Assembly: GCA_003693705.1 (NCBI GenBank)
Contig: RBZT01000934.1
Span: 1 to 34,885, forward strand
DNA length: 34,885 nucleotides
DNA from: Polymyxa betae A26-41
Lineage: Eukaryota; Protista; Endomyxa: Phytomyxea
Direction of reading: 5' to 3'
Part shown: piece after piece, positions 22,895 to 33,883 of the stretch
How positions within the stretch are numbered: position 1 is the stretch's first letter
Layout: each line of letters begins with the position of its first letter
Program-made: the position numbers and the translations under genes
Notes under the pieces: generated by a model
What the model was told of the DNA's origin: nothing
Databases searched by the model: none
Seen by the model: only the letters and a program-made list of their open reading frames with translations

Positions 22895-23335
22895 TTCGGA
22901 CGGCTCTGCATTTACTTGAAATAAATTTAGCTTTTTGATCTTCGATGTGTCATCCAAAGGAAGAGGAGTTTTGTATAGTTAGCAACCTGTATGAAGTTTA
23001 CCAGACCCAATTCCGAGAAATCGCTAATTCAATCTGAAATGGAGCGAAGTATTAACAAAAGTCACTAAAGGGATATTTACTATTTAGGAACCATTCAATT
23101 GGAGCATTCAATAACTGAAATAAACCCTATCTGAGCGGTATTTCTTCTTCAAGCAATTAGTGAATTACAAACTCAAATCTATTAGAGACATGGAAACTGT
23201 TGGAATCCCTTGCTTGGATGAAGGATGTCCATTGCCTTTGCAGCAGTGAGTCCTAATCGAAAGGTCTCCTAAGAAGCGATCACGAAACAGGGATGGCCTT
23301 CCAAAGGTGGGTGTCTTGTCGCATTTATTTGGAAT

Positions 23336-23416
23336 GAGCGCAGCCCCGCTATCGTCAGAGCAGAGCGCGGCCTCCCTATCATTAGAGCAGAGCGCGGCCT
23401 CGCTATCATTTGAACG
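23336..23416. repeat. 27-bp tandem repeat, 3 imperfect copies
   Basis: Units start at 23336, 23363 and 23390 (gagcgcRgccYcSctatcRtY...); on the minus strand they read NDSEAALCS/NDREAALCS/DDSGAALIP. Confidence 0.85.
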
Positions 23417-23935
23417 CAGCCCACTCTCCTCTGAATATGGAAGCTTCTCCCCAACCATCGCGTTCATTGCAATACAGCTCAAGACACCTTAAAAGGACAG
23501 TGTTTCAATTTGATTTCGAAAAAGCCCGTAATTTTAGTAATAAAATTTCGTGTTTTTTCAGAAATCCTCATTTATTCCAATTTATTCACAGCCCGCATTG
23601 GGAATCGACGATGGCTCTTGTATTTTTTGACAGCAACTTCAATTTGCTGTGGAGTCAAAGAATTACCTCTGTCATCCCTTAAGCGGTAAGCGTCCATATA
23701 ACGGTAGCATTTTCATCATCATCGCTAAGAGGGTAAACTTCCGGACAGTCGATTTTCAATGACCGCCTCTCTATGGGTTTCTTAGAGCCGATAACTTCTC
23801 GCGCTGCTTCCAGCTGCCTCCATCTGCGGTTTCTTGGAGCCATGTATCCGCACATGTTATTGCAAGGAGGCTGCGCACACAATTGCGCGAGACTAAATAA
23901 AAGTGCGACAGTCTCGCGGAAAAATATGCGGTCGC

Positions 23936-26917
23936 CAGTGGCGGAGCCAGAAATGTTTCTCTGAGGGGGTCCATCGCAGAAAACCCAGTTGTAATAGTGT
24001 GTATTTAAAAAAATTAAAGTGGACTTCTCACAGGCGTCTGGATTTCATATCGCGAAACAGAGATATCACTTCATCTATAACAACTCCTCGGGAAATGCCC
24101 TTTTCGATGTATAGTAAGAGTAAATCAACCATCCAGGCGTCACCCATCGAAGAGCGGAGGCGCGTCTTAACAATTTTCATTGCAGAGAATGATCGCTCAG
24201 TTGAAGCAGTGGAAACTGGCAATGTTAGAATCAGCCGCATTAAGCGACAGTAGATTGGGAAGGTTTGATCCAGCCCTGTCGATATCAAAGCAGCTAAGAG
24301 ATCGCTAATGGTTTCAATGTTGCTCTGAAAGTCCGGATGAAACGAAACAATTCCTCTGAAGTTGTGAAGCTCTGCCTCAAGAACGGAACGATCCGTGTCA
24401 GGGAAGTCACTTTCGTATACAGCAGCTAATTTCATAATCTTTGCTGGATCGAAACGACGAAAATCGAAGCTCGGTTGTAAGCATGATGCGAGCTCCATAA
24501 TCCGAGAAAGCTCGTCATTAAAGCGATGATCAAGCTCACATTCGATTTTGTCGATCACAGGAAGGAAAACCTCAAGCTTATAAAATTCTTGGAATGTACG
24601 GTCATTACTCTCCACAGGCCGGCCACGAGCTCTTAGTTGTTGCCACTCATCATCAAGCTCTGGAACACAGATGTCGTTTTTTTGGCAGAAATCAATGGTC
24701 GCATCCAGAATTTTCTGGAAATTGTCTCGCAACTATTGCAGATCATGCTTTGCCGCAGCGATCATCTCACAGGCGTTACCATAATCCTGGGTCTTTTTCT
24801 GCAATGCAGTGGACAAGACGTTAGTAATGCCGAGAACTTCAGTCATCAGCGACAGACAAAATGCGAACTCAAATGTCGACACCCATTCTAAGGTCACGCT
24901 TGCCTCCACACGTTTAGAAGGATTCGCGGCATCTTCCACAACCATTACCAAAACCTCACAAATTGCAGGATACATATTGATGATGCCCTTCAAAGCAGAA
25001 AAACGACAATTCCATCGAGTATTCGACAGAGTGCCAATGTTCATAGGTTGATTCTGTCCGCGCCCTGATGTTAGGGACCCTGGCATCCAAAACTTTTGCT
25101 GCGTGTGATTCTCGTAATGCGTCACTCCGCTTACAAGAAGCTCCACAAACACTGAAAATCTCTTGGACAAAATGGAAAAACTTCGCGATGGGCTGGATGT
25201 CTGCTGCAACGGCCACAATAACCAAGTTTAGCCGGTGAGCGAAACAATGAACATAAAATGCAGACGGAGCCTCTGATCGAATTAAAGCCTGAAGTCCGTT
25301 AAATTCCCCCCTCATATTAGAAGCTCCATCGAAAGCTTGACCTCGGAGTTTCCCAATCTCTAATCCAAACTGCTCAACGAAGCTCAGCAATTCCCGAAAT
25401 TCGTGTCCCTGACATGAACTGCACCAACGAATCTTTCCACAATTTTTCCTGAATTGTCCACAAAGCGAATAACGATGCTCATCCACTCCTTCTTGGCTGA
25501 ACATCCTGCTTCATCAACAATAACGCTATAAAATTGTTCGCCCAGCTCTTTACGAATCTGCTTACGAACGATAACTGCTGCTGCTTTCACCAACTCCTTC
25601 TGTACGTCCGGAGATGTGTACTTGGCATTTTAAGGCAAACTTCTAACAGCCTTTTGCAATTGTGGATCAAGCTGGATAAGGAAATCTAGAGTTTCAAGAA
25701 CGTTTTCCCCCTATTCAAGGAGTCAGCAGTCTCGTCGTGTCCACGAAACGCCAAGCCCTGTCTTGCAAGATGCAGTACAGTTTTGGTAACTGCCACTATG
25801 TGCTTTGACTGAGCATTCTTCTGATTTTGGTCAAGAGTTGAAAGAATTGTTGGCAGGACTTTGGACTTCCGTAAATTCATCGCCGTCACCGCAGCATTAT
25901 GATCGCGGGAATTTTCGTGTTTCACAAGGCCTTTCCCTTTTTCCAGAGCATGTTTCCAGTTTCTGAAACCTGAAGAAACAAACGTTCCATTGGAGCCACT
26001 CTGGGCATGTGTTGGTGTGAAAAGGAAGCATGTGAAACAGAACGCACTCTTGTCAAACGGAGAGTACTCCAACCACCAATACTTTTTGTACCAAGACACT
26101 TGGAACTTTTTTCCTTTCTCGGATGGTCCTGAACCCAAGTTGTGTGGTTGAAAGGGACCAAGTTCAAAATATTTGTCAATCAAAACCTCTTTTGATAGGA
26201 ACTCCGAGCGACAAAAGACACACGCAGAAAGGGATCCCTCTCCAGCTTGTCATGAAATGATTGGATACCAATTGACGGACCAACCTGAGCATCAATCCCA
26301 GCATGCTCTGAGGAAGGCTCTCTCAGGTGAGGTAATTGTTGAGCCAAATTTTCAGCCTGCTCAGGTACAATTTTGGGGCGCTTGGAGAAGAAGCTGCTCA
26401 ACGTCTGTTGGGTTCGAGGAATAGCAGACATTTTTTTGTTGAGATGTTTTTCAAGATTTAAATGGTTTTTATAAAGTAAACCAATTGAGCAGTCGTTTCC
26501 AGATACGAAAATATCAGGCTGGTTGCTTTTTCTCGGACATCTTGACTGCAATCGGAGAAAGAAGATGGCCTATTGCGATCAAGGCCCAGAACGTCTAGCT
26601 CTCGCTTAAGTTCAATCAAATGGTCCTCCTGTGAGCGTTGGAGAGACATTTCGAAAGTCAAGATTGCAGTGACAGATTGATAGCGAAGGAATAACGTTTG
26701 TCGACTGTCTCGCCTCTACGACCGTGTGCGAGGGAGTCATGAGTCCGCAGACCGCGCATTTTTTGTTGTAACATTGTTTTTAATGCCTAAATCAGCTTTT
26801 TATTCAATTTTACGAAGTATACAGTTTGAAAAATCTCTGGATTCCTATCTTACTGCAATAGACCCTTTTTTGTGAGGGGGGGTCAGGCCCCCCAATCCCC
26901 CCGTCCCTCCGCCACTG
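23936..26917 (-). mobile_element. hAT DNA transposon (Tip100/ZMYM1-like transposase type), 2982 bp
   Basis: 11-bp TIRs CAGTGGCGGAG (23936-23946) / CTCCGCCACTG (26907-26917); perfect 8-bp TSD GCGGTCGC (23928-23935, 26918-26925). Confidence 0.97.
24028..26431 (-). pseudogene. Disrupted hAT transposase (TTF zinc finger, DUF4371, C-terminal dimerisation domain)
   Basis: LERDP, GPFQP, WLEYS..CFTCFLF, GFRNWK, QGLAFRGHDE, IVDE, DGASNMRGEFNGLQ, HCFAHRLNL, TRW, LPVSTASTERSFSAMK spread over six ORFs; about 4 frameshifts plus in-frame stops (TAA ~25630, TAG 24733-24735). Confidence 0.93.
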
Positions 26918-27479
26918 GCGGTCGCAAAAATGTGAAGTTTCAAAAACCTTTCCACCTATATAACTTCGGACGGTAACAGGGGCCGCAGTTTTTATTTTTT
27001 TTTTATTTCTGATTCTGTAATTTTGTTTATCTCCTCGAGATCTATCGATTGACAATGAGAAACCCATGAACAGCCAAATTGGGCCTTCCCATATACAAAT
27101 CTCCGTGGCTCCTAACAAATTGTCTCTTTAAGGTGTCTTGAGCTGTATGTGGCGAATTCGTGGTTTCAGCTCTCGATACCATCCGCGCACGTATTTGTTG
27201 ACAAAAGGCCGATCGGGTGATCAGTACGACCTCTGTCGATATGCCGGCACTCCACCTGCGCGACGTCCAGCGTTCGCTGCTCTCACTCTGTCGTGAGTTT
27301 AGGATTATCTAATCTGTTGTTGAGAAATTTGGGACGTCATTGTCGTCTCAATCATGAATTACTGCTGGGTCTGTACGCCCTTCGACACAGTGAGGACCGA
27401 AAAACATCACTTTATTAATTTCATAAACGTGGCCATTGCGTGAGTTTTATCTGTTATAATCGACTTTGTAATCGACTTT

Positions 27480-28960
27480 GTACACAATAAACCGGCCATA
27501 TATTGATGTTTCGCCCTTCATTGTGCATTCCAACATTTTCAGTCGGGCGTCGCCCTCTTTCAACGCTTCTCATCCTGCATAGTTCAAGCAGTTGGCCTGT
27601 TGCTGCTCATGCTGCTCTCAGAGTGGCGCTCCTATCCAATGACTACCTCCCCAGCTCGAATCAGTGAATAATGTATTTGGAAAACCATAAATGGATGTTT
27701 AGAAGTGACCCCATGGATACCCCATGGGGTGGAATGTACGGTCCGATTGGATCATGCACCGACTTAATGGTACACTTGATTCTCTACCTGACCATGATCA
27801 AGTTTCATCAGCTGGCTGAACCCGTCGCTGGCCCGTTTCCGGTCGCTGTACAGGCGAATGTTTCAGTGTCGCGGACGCCTGAGCTCGGGTTGGTGACTGG
27901 AAAGGAGTATTGCTCTGGAAGCAATCCAGAGAAATCAGAAGAACTAAGGTATATAGCCGACGATGGATCAACATTTTGATTGAGTCCATGTCCGGGTTTA
28001 TATCTTTTGATTTTCCAGGCTGGAAACGGACTATTTGCTCACTTATTATGCCAATAAGTCTGCTAATTTCATTGTATAGACCTTATAAACGGTTACGATC
28101 CATCATGTAAAAATGGAGGATAGCCGCTTCTGTCATGGTCACTGATCTAACATCGGTCTTGGTGTTGATAGGCGACGATGATTTGCTGCTGCAGTTGCAA
28201 GCGACCAGAAGGGTGATCTGGCTGATGTTCGTTCAAGTGGCCATTACAGAGGCTGTTGTAGTGGGATGAATTTTAACAAATCAAAACCTACTCGAATCTG
28301 TTGCTTCGGATGTCATTTGTGCCGTTACCGAGTGGTACATCGTTTGCGAGCCTTCACATGTTCTGATTGCATATCATGGAGGCCTCTTCAATTGAAATCG
28401 TCCGATTTCTGTATTGAAGGTAGCTCCTATGGCTGTATCGTTCATAATTCTCTTCGGTTTAACCAACTTCTCGATCGCTCGTCTCAGTTTTGTCTATTTT
28501 CTTGTCCGCCAATCTGAAGTGCGTGGAACGACTGACATGCAACGGATAGGACGATGCCAATGGCTTACAAATGAACAAGACATTTGTGCTGACAATAACG
28601 CCCTCCATCTGGATTAAGCTATCTATAACCCCAAACCCTAAACCCTAACTCCAGTATCATGATCAGCGGCACACCATACTCTGCGTCTGTTGTTCCATTC
28701 TGTCGTGGTGATGGGGCGGTGCTGCCCCCACCAATGTTATTGCGTACTTGGTTCGTGGACGGTCGCACATTGTCGTGTTGTCGGCGTTGTCGTGCTGGGA
28801 TGGATTGCCGCGGCGTCGTTTTATTTTGGAATTCCGGCGAGCACGGTGCAATCGCTATCCGGACGATGATGTCGTGAGACGTGAGCAAGTAACGGCAGAT
28901 GATAGCGATAGGCAGCGATACAGATATCTTTCCTGTTGAAGATGTGTCTGGACATCTCCA
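27480..28960 (+). pseudogene. Decayed tandem paralogue of the downstream 4-TM sensor-like gene
   Basis: Collinear fragments: FPVAVQAN vs FPSAVELD; WRIAASVMVTD vs WQVLVKVMITE; ISGTPYSASVVPFCRGD vs ISGKPYTASIVPFGRPD; LPRRRF vs LPLRRF; many stops and frameshifts. Boundaries approximate. Confidence 0.7.
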
Positions 28961-29236
28961 CTCCAATATCGTCGTTCGAGATCTGCACTTTTTTTTCCAA
29001 ATTCAAAATTTTGCAACTTTAGCGAACTCCGCAACACGATTTCCGCAATTAGCAGCAGCGAACAGTATTGTGAATATCGCCCTGGTTCGCTGTACAATGC
29101 TCCCGTTCGGTCGTGGATTGCTCTGCGAAATAGTCAACGAGATCACTCGGGTAGGCCGTCGATCGCCAGGGGGGAGGGGCGTTATTGACCGGATCGATCG
29201 TACTGGTGGAGTTGCGATCACCATCCTCCTTCGACG

Positions 29237-32200
29237 ATGAAGTCGTCGACCGGTGACGTGCCCAGTATCATGCCCACCACGACCCATACTGGCCCTGCAT
29301 TCGGGTCAATGTCCGGGGCGGGGACCTCGGCCACGTCCGGCAAGAACTCCAGCTCCACTAACCAATTCAAAGTAGGTCCGAGGGCGGCGCCCTGCCCCCG
29401 ACCGTACCGGCCCCTTCTCTCCCTCCTCCCCCCGGTTCTGACTCCGCCTGTAGAAGAAACAGATCGATAAGCTGCAGCAGGTGAAGCGGAGGACCATTGG
29501 GGCCGCCATCATCGTCGACCTGATCTTGGTCGGCGCCCTCATCTACCAGCTGGTGTCGCTGAATCAGTCGTTGACGGGATTCCTGCGCACGAAGACCACG
29601 AACACGCTCGCCTTCTACGACTTCCAGTACAACGAACTGTTTGATGTCGCGGTAACGTCTGTTCGCGATCTTCGTTTCTCATTCACCGTTTTTCGATAAC
29701 CCTAACCCTAACGTTCTTTTTTGGCATCGGTTCTCCTATGGCTAAAATCTGTCAGGAACTGGGACAGACCGTCTATCTGAACAATAGCGGAGCGTGTAGA
29801 GCTCTGATCCACTCCGATACAGCCGCAGCTGCGGATTTACGTCGTCGTTTCCTGTACGATAGAATCTGGCGGACGAATGAGATTCTGGCGATGGTCGATA
29901 ACAATGCCGCTGTGGTCAGCAGCTCCGGGCCGGAGTCCGCACGCGGCCTCAACTTCGACGTGGGCGGTCTCGTTTCGCTCTATATGCAGCATTATGCCGT
30001 GTCCGGGAAATCGCTCCGAGCCTCGGTCATGGTCGATCAGGCCTATTACACGATGTTTCAGGCGCCCATCTTGGATGCCGTGGGCGATTACCGACCCGAT
30101 CTTGTGTCGTGGGATAAACAGGCCCAGACACTGGCCCGTGTAACGTTAACCCCGGTCTATTGCGACCAAGCGCAGCCCCAGGGGTTCCTGATCAACGGTT
30201 TGCACGCAGTTTCTGTTCAGATTGTGTCGTTGTTTCGCAATGTTTCACTTCTAGGGTTTAGGGTTTAGGGTTCACCATCTCTGACCCTCACTGCGTAGTG
30301 GATTCGATCACGCCTCGCCAGTACGATTATTTCGGGACGATGCTGCTCAGTGCGAAATCCGCGATGGGCGGCGTACTGGCCCAGAACACGGACACCGCCG
30401 TCTGGCAGACGGCGTTCAGCTACAACCAGCCGGGGCCGTACGGGGCGACGACCCGGTTTCCGGACATGGCCAAGGACATCTTTCCGTCGGCGGTCGAACT
30501 GGACGCCGCGATCGCTGCCGGTTCGGAGTCCGTCGTCACGGGGACCTTCACTTACGGTACGACTCGAGTGTGTGCTGGTTGCGATGCGCCATCCGTGACG
30601 GCATCGCCAGAGAACGTCCGGTACCAGTACGCGATGAAGGCCGTTCGGCCACTGGCGCTGGGCGGCGACGACCTCCAGTACGACCAGACCGCGACCAAGG
30701 TCGTGTATCTGTATGCGGAGCCGCAGTCGCCGATCCGTTCGGCCGTACATACGGCAATGACGTGGCAGATCCCGTGGATCGTCATACTGCTCATCTGGAG
30801 TACGATCTCGTCCCGGTTTGTCCGTAGGTGCCACGGAGTTTCGGTGCTGGGAATCTGAACTCCGTGCCCAGTTCGGAAATTCGTGTATCCGATGCAGAAA
30901 CTGATCGAATCTGTGAAGAAGAAGAAGTGGGTTGCTTCCGATTGATGATGCCCCCCCTTAATATTACGCGAATGTAGGATGAAAGAGTTCAATGATCTGC
31001 TGCGGCAAATGAAAGCGAACCGATCTGCGCTATGGCAGGTACTGGTCAAGGTCATGATCACGGAGGCCGTACTGGTCGGCCTGATCTTCGCCAACAACAA
31101 CCTGCTCGATACGGTCGCGCCGGACTTTACGTCGGCCGCCACGGAGGTCCGCGCCTCAGCTGGGACTGAAACGTGACTTGGATGTAACATGATCTGCTCA
31201 GGGCCGCGTCCTGACTTACGTTATCACGAGTCGCTCGATCAATCTGCTGTACTATCTGGCGGCCTGGTCCACGCAGTCCGCGGTGGTCGCCGCTACATTC
31301 CTGAGGACGGATGCGGCCGCGCTCCTCTCCGATACACTCACCTCACAAGCTCAATCGCTATCAGTCGACGCGATCTGCGTCATCGGCCTGTACGACCGTC
31401 ACGGACTCCGCGAATGCCGTCTGATTCCGTCATAGCGATTCCCAGATCATAGCGAGCTCGTACGCACCCGCCGTCGGCAACGCCTTTCCGGAGTCCGGTC
31501 TGATCGAGTATTTGGCCAGTCAGCCGCGCGGCCTCGCTCAAGCTCCGTTCACGACACACGCTGCATGGAGTCCGGCGGCCCTCAATGCTACAAGCTCCGG
31601 AGCTCTACACGGCCCCGCTGGTGCGCCGGGTCTCGTTCGGATGAATGTCGCCCCGATTCGCAACGTTACCTATGATAGTCCGTGCGAGTGTTACGGACTT
31701 GCGAATGGTACTGAATAGATGCGAGCAGGCTCCACGGATGCGCTTGTGTATGGTGACCTGCTGGGCGCCGTCGTTATCGTCCGATTCATAAACGGCGCCG
31801 ATTCTATCTGGATCGTGGACTACTTCACACCCGGATATTTTGGTCCGTACGCAGGAATTACGGACATACTGAAGGTTACTGACAGTCCGTGGTGACATAG
31901 GACTGCACCTCTGGGATCGATATCATCAGAAATTCGTCGCTCTGACATCCGTCATGAAGGTTGGAGTCGAACGAGGGTTTTAGGGTTTAGGGTTTCAGGG
32001 TTTGCTCACAGGAATCCTCCGGCCGCATGCGATGGGGTTACGACATCAGCACCGAAAACCCTGATCTGTTACCGTCCGGACTTATCGCTATGTATAACAC
32101 GGACCATCTCAGCATCCAGAACGGGGTCACGATCTCCGGCAAGCCGTACACGGCCTCGATCGTGCCGTTCGGCCGCCCCGACGAGGTCGTACTGTCCCCG

Positions 32201-32518
32201 TCCGTGGTCAACGCCTACGTGGTGCGCGGCCTGTCGAAGACCGCCTGGAACGTGGTCCGCTACGAACAGCTCGGCCTCGAAATCATCAACATGGTCCTGG
32301 TCGTCCTGATCGCCGTCGTCAAGGTCGTACTGGCCTGGCTGCCGCTGCGGCGATTTCTGAACGCGTTGGAGCGCGCCTTCACGGTGTCGTCGGTGTCCGA
32401 GGATCGGGCCGCCAAACGTGACCAGGCGATCGCGAGCCTGATGGAGGTCGGACAGGCGCACGCGACTCCGTCACGCATGTCCATTCCTCCAGCTTATGCG
32501 GTCAATAAACCGATCTGA
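29237..32518 (+). CDS. Multi-exon 4-TM protein with two extracytoplasmic Cache-like sensor domains
   Basis: Chain of GC-rich exons with GT-AG introns from MKSSTG (29237) to TGA 32516-32518. TM spans IGAAIIVDLILVGALIYQLV, WQIPWIVILLIWSTIS, VLVKVMITEAVLVGLIFA, IINMVLVVLIAVVKVVLAW. Internal duplication (LARVTLTPV..GFLING vs LVRMNVAPI..GAVVIVRFING). Confidence 0.8.
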
Positions 32519-33883
32519 GCAACTCTCCGATTGTCCGTGAAGATAGTAGACCGGGTTTCTCGAATGGCCGCAGCGGTGTCCGTTGAGTAAGGCGTTTCGT
32601 TCGTTGGAGAGCGCCGCTGCTGACCATCGTCGGTTTCGTTGCCGGAAGCGCGGCAGTGTCACCAGCGGACAGATCTGACAGAATCAGCTAAGTAGTTTGC
32701 AATGGTGTCGAGGGTTAGGGTTTTCATGTTCCGAGTCTCCTACTTCGGAGATGAGCGGATGCAAGACATGCGCGCTTTCATTGCTGGAAAAGAGGACTGC
32801 CACGGCCGCATAGACCAGATCTCAGAGGCCTTCTTCAGGTCATACTGACATCGAGTTTAGTTTCTGCGCGTCTGGAAACCAGGTTTGTGGTCTCGCAGAG
32901 ATCGGACTGTTTTAAACTTCTGATCGCCCGCGCTCTCGCCATACTGTACAATCATAGAGAGGTTTGTTTCAAATCACCCACCGAAGCTGAATCATTTTCT
33001 CCTCTTGAATCAACTTTTCAAAGTCGTTTTTCTCTTTGCTGAAATCAAATCTGCGTTCATCGGCGCATTTAATGACGTTGTGAAAGTTGAAAAAAGTTGA
33101 ACTGTTTTTCTATGATTGAATGACTCCCCTCATTGGGGTTCTGTTATGTTCTGATCCGAATAATTCAATGTTCCTGTTGCCTTCATTCTGCCTCTTTCAC
33201 AGCCCACCAACCTTGCCAATAATCGCTCTCGATCCGAATCGATCTACTCGCTTCTATTCCGTATTGATCGTGATTTCGTGGCCATCACCGTGACATTGCC
33301 CTCTGTGTGCTCTATCAAATATTCACCTGAACACATCAATCTGCCTGGTCCGCGAACATTCCACATTCTCGGACCCATCGCTCGCATCTTTCACCATCTC
33401 ATTCGGCAGCGGCTCCAGAAAATTCACCCGACTTTGCCACATTCTCGAAATCGTCCGTTTTGACGCACTCCGTCCTGCGGATACTCGCTCGCCATGATCG
33501 CGGGCCGTACGTCCGAAGCCGTGCTGTGAGCAATTCCATGATTTAGGTTTGTCGATGAAGTCGTGACGCTTCAGGCGCTGTTGCGGATCATCAATGGGCA
33601 GCTGTCGTCTCGACGGCGAAGCCATCGTAACAGGTCGAGTAACGACCGTTTTGGTTGCAGAGACACAGCCCTATCAAAAACCCTAACCCTAGCTCTTATT
33701 GAGCTATAATTCAATCTCGCGTTATAATTCTCAATTGATCACAACAGATTATAGAGGCTGACGATTAATCGGGACGTCCTGACGAGTCTTCGGAAAGCCC
33801 GTGCTCGTCTTTCGAAAAAAACTGCGCCACGGTTTTTTAGGTGACCGAGATTGATTCTCGATCACTTCTGGAAATCTCTCGTC

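Larger units (their letters stand above)
23475..27145. mobile_element. Non-autonomous Tc1/mariner-type element (about 680 bp of own sequence) hosting the nested hAT
   Basis: TIR CAGCTCAAGACACCTTAAA at 23475 and its perfect reverse complement ending at 27145 (19 bp, imperfect extension GACA); TA on both flanks (23473-74, 27146-47). Confidence 0.9.

Noticed and set aside
21038-22957. 639-aa minus-strand ORF
   Set aside because: Antisense shadow of the codon-biased 611-aa gene; no recognisable motifs, and GC-rich codon usage suppresses antisense stops.
23336-23416. CRISPR-like array
   Set aside because: Contiguous tandem units without spacers, no cas genes, eukaryotic context.
30252-32003. True telomere or chromosome end
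   Set aside because: Arrays are only 3-4 units long, internal to introns, and occur in both orientations across the window.
32600-33625. Degenerate minus-strand coding-like sequence
   Set aside because: Short protein-like stretches, but no consistent exon chain or family could be built.
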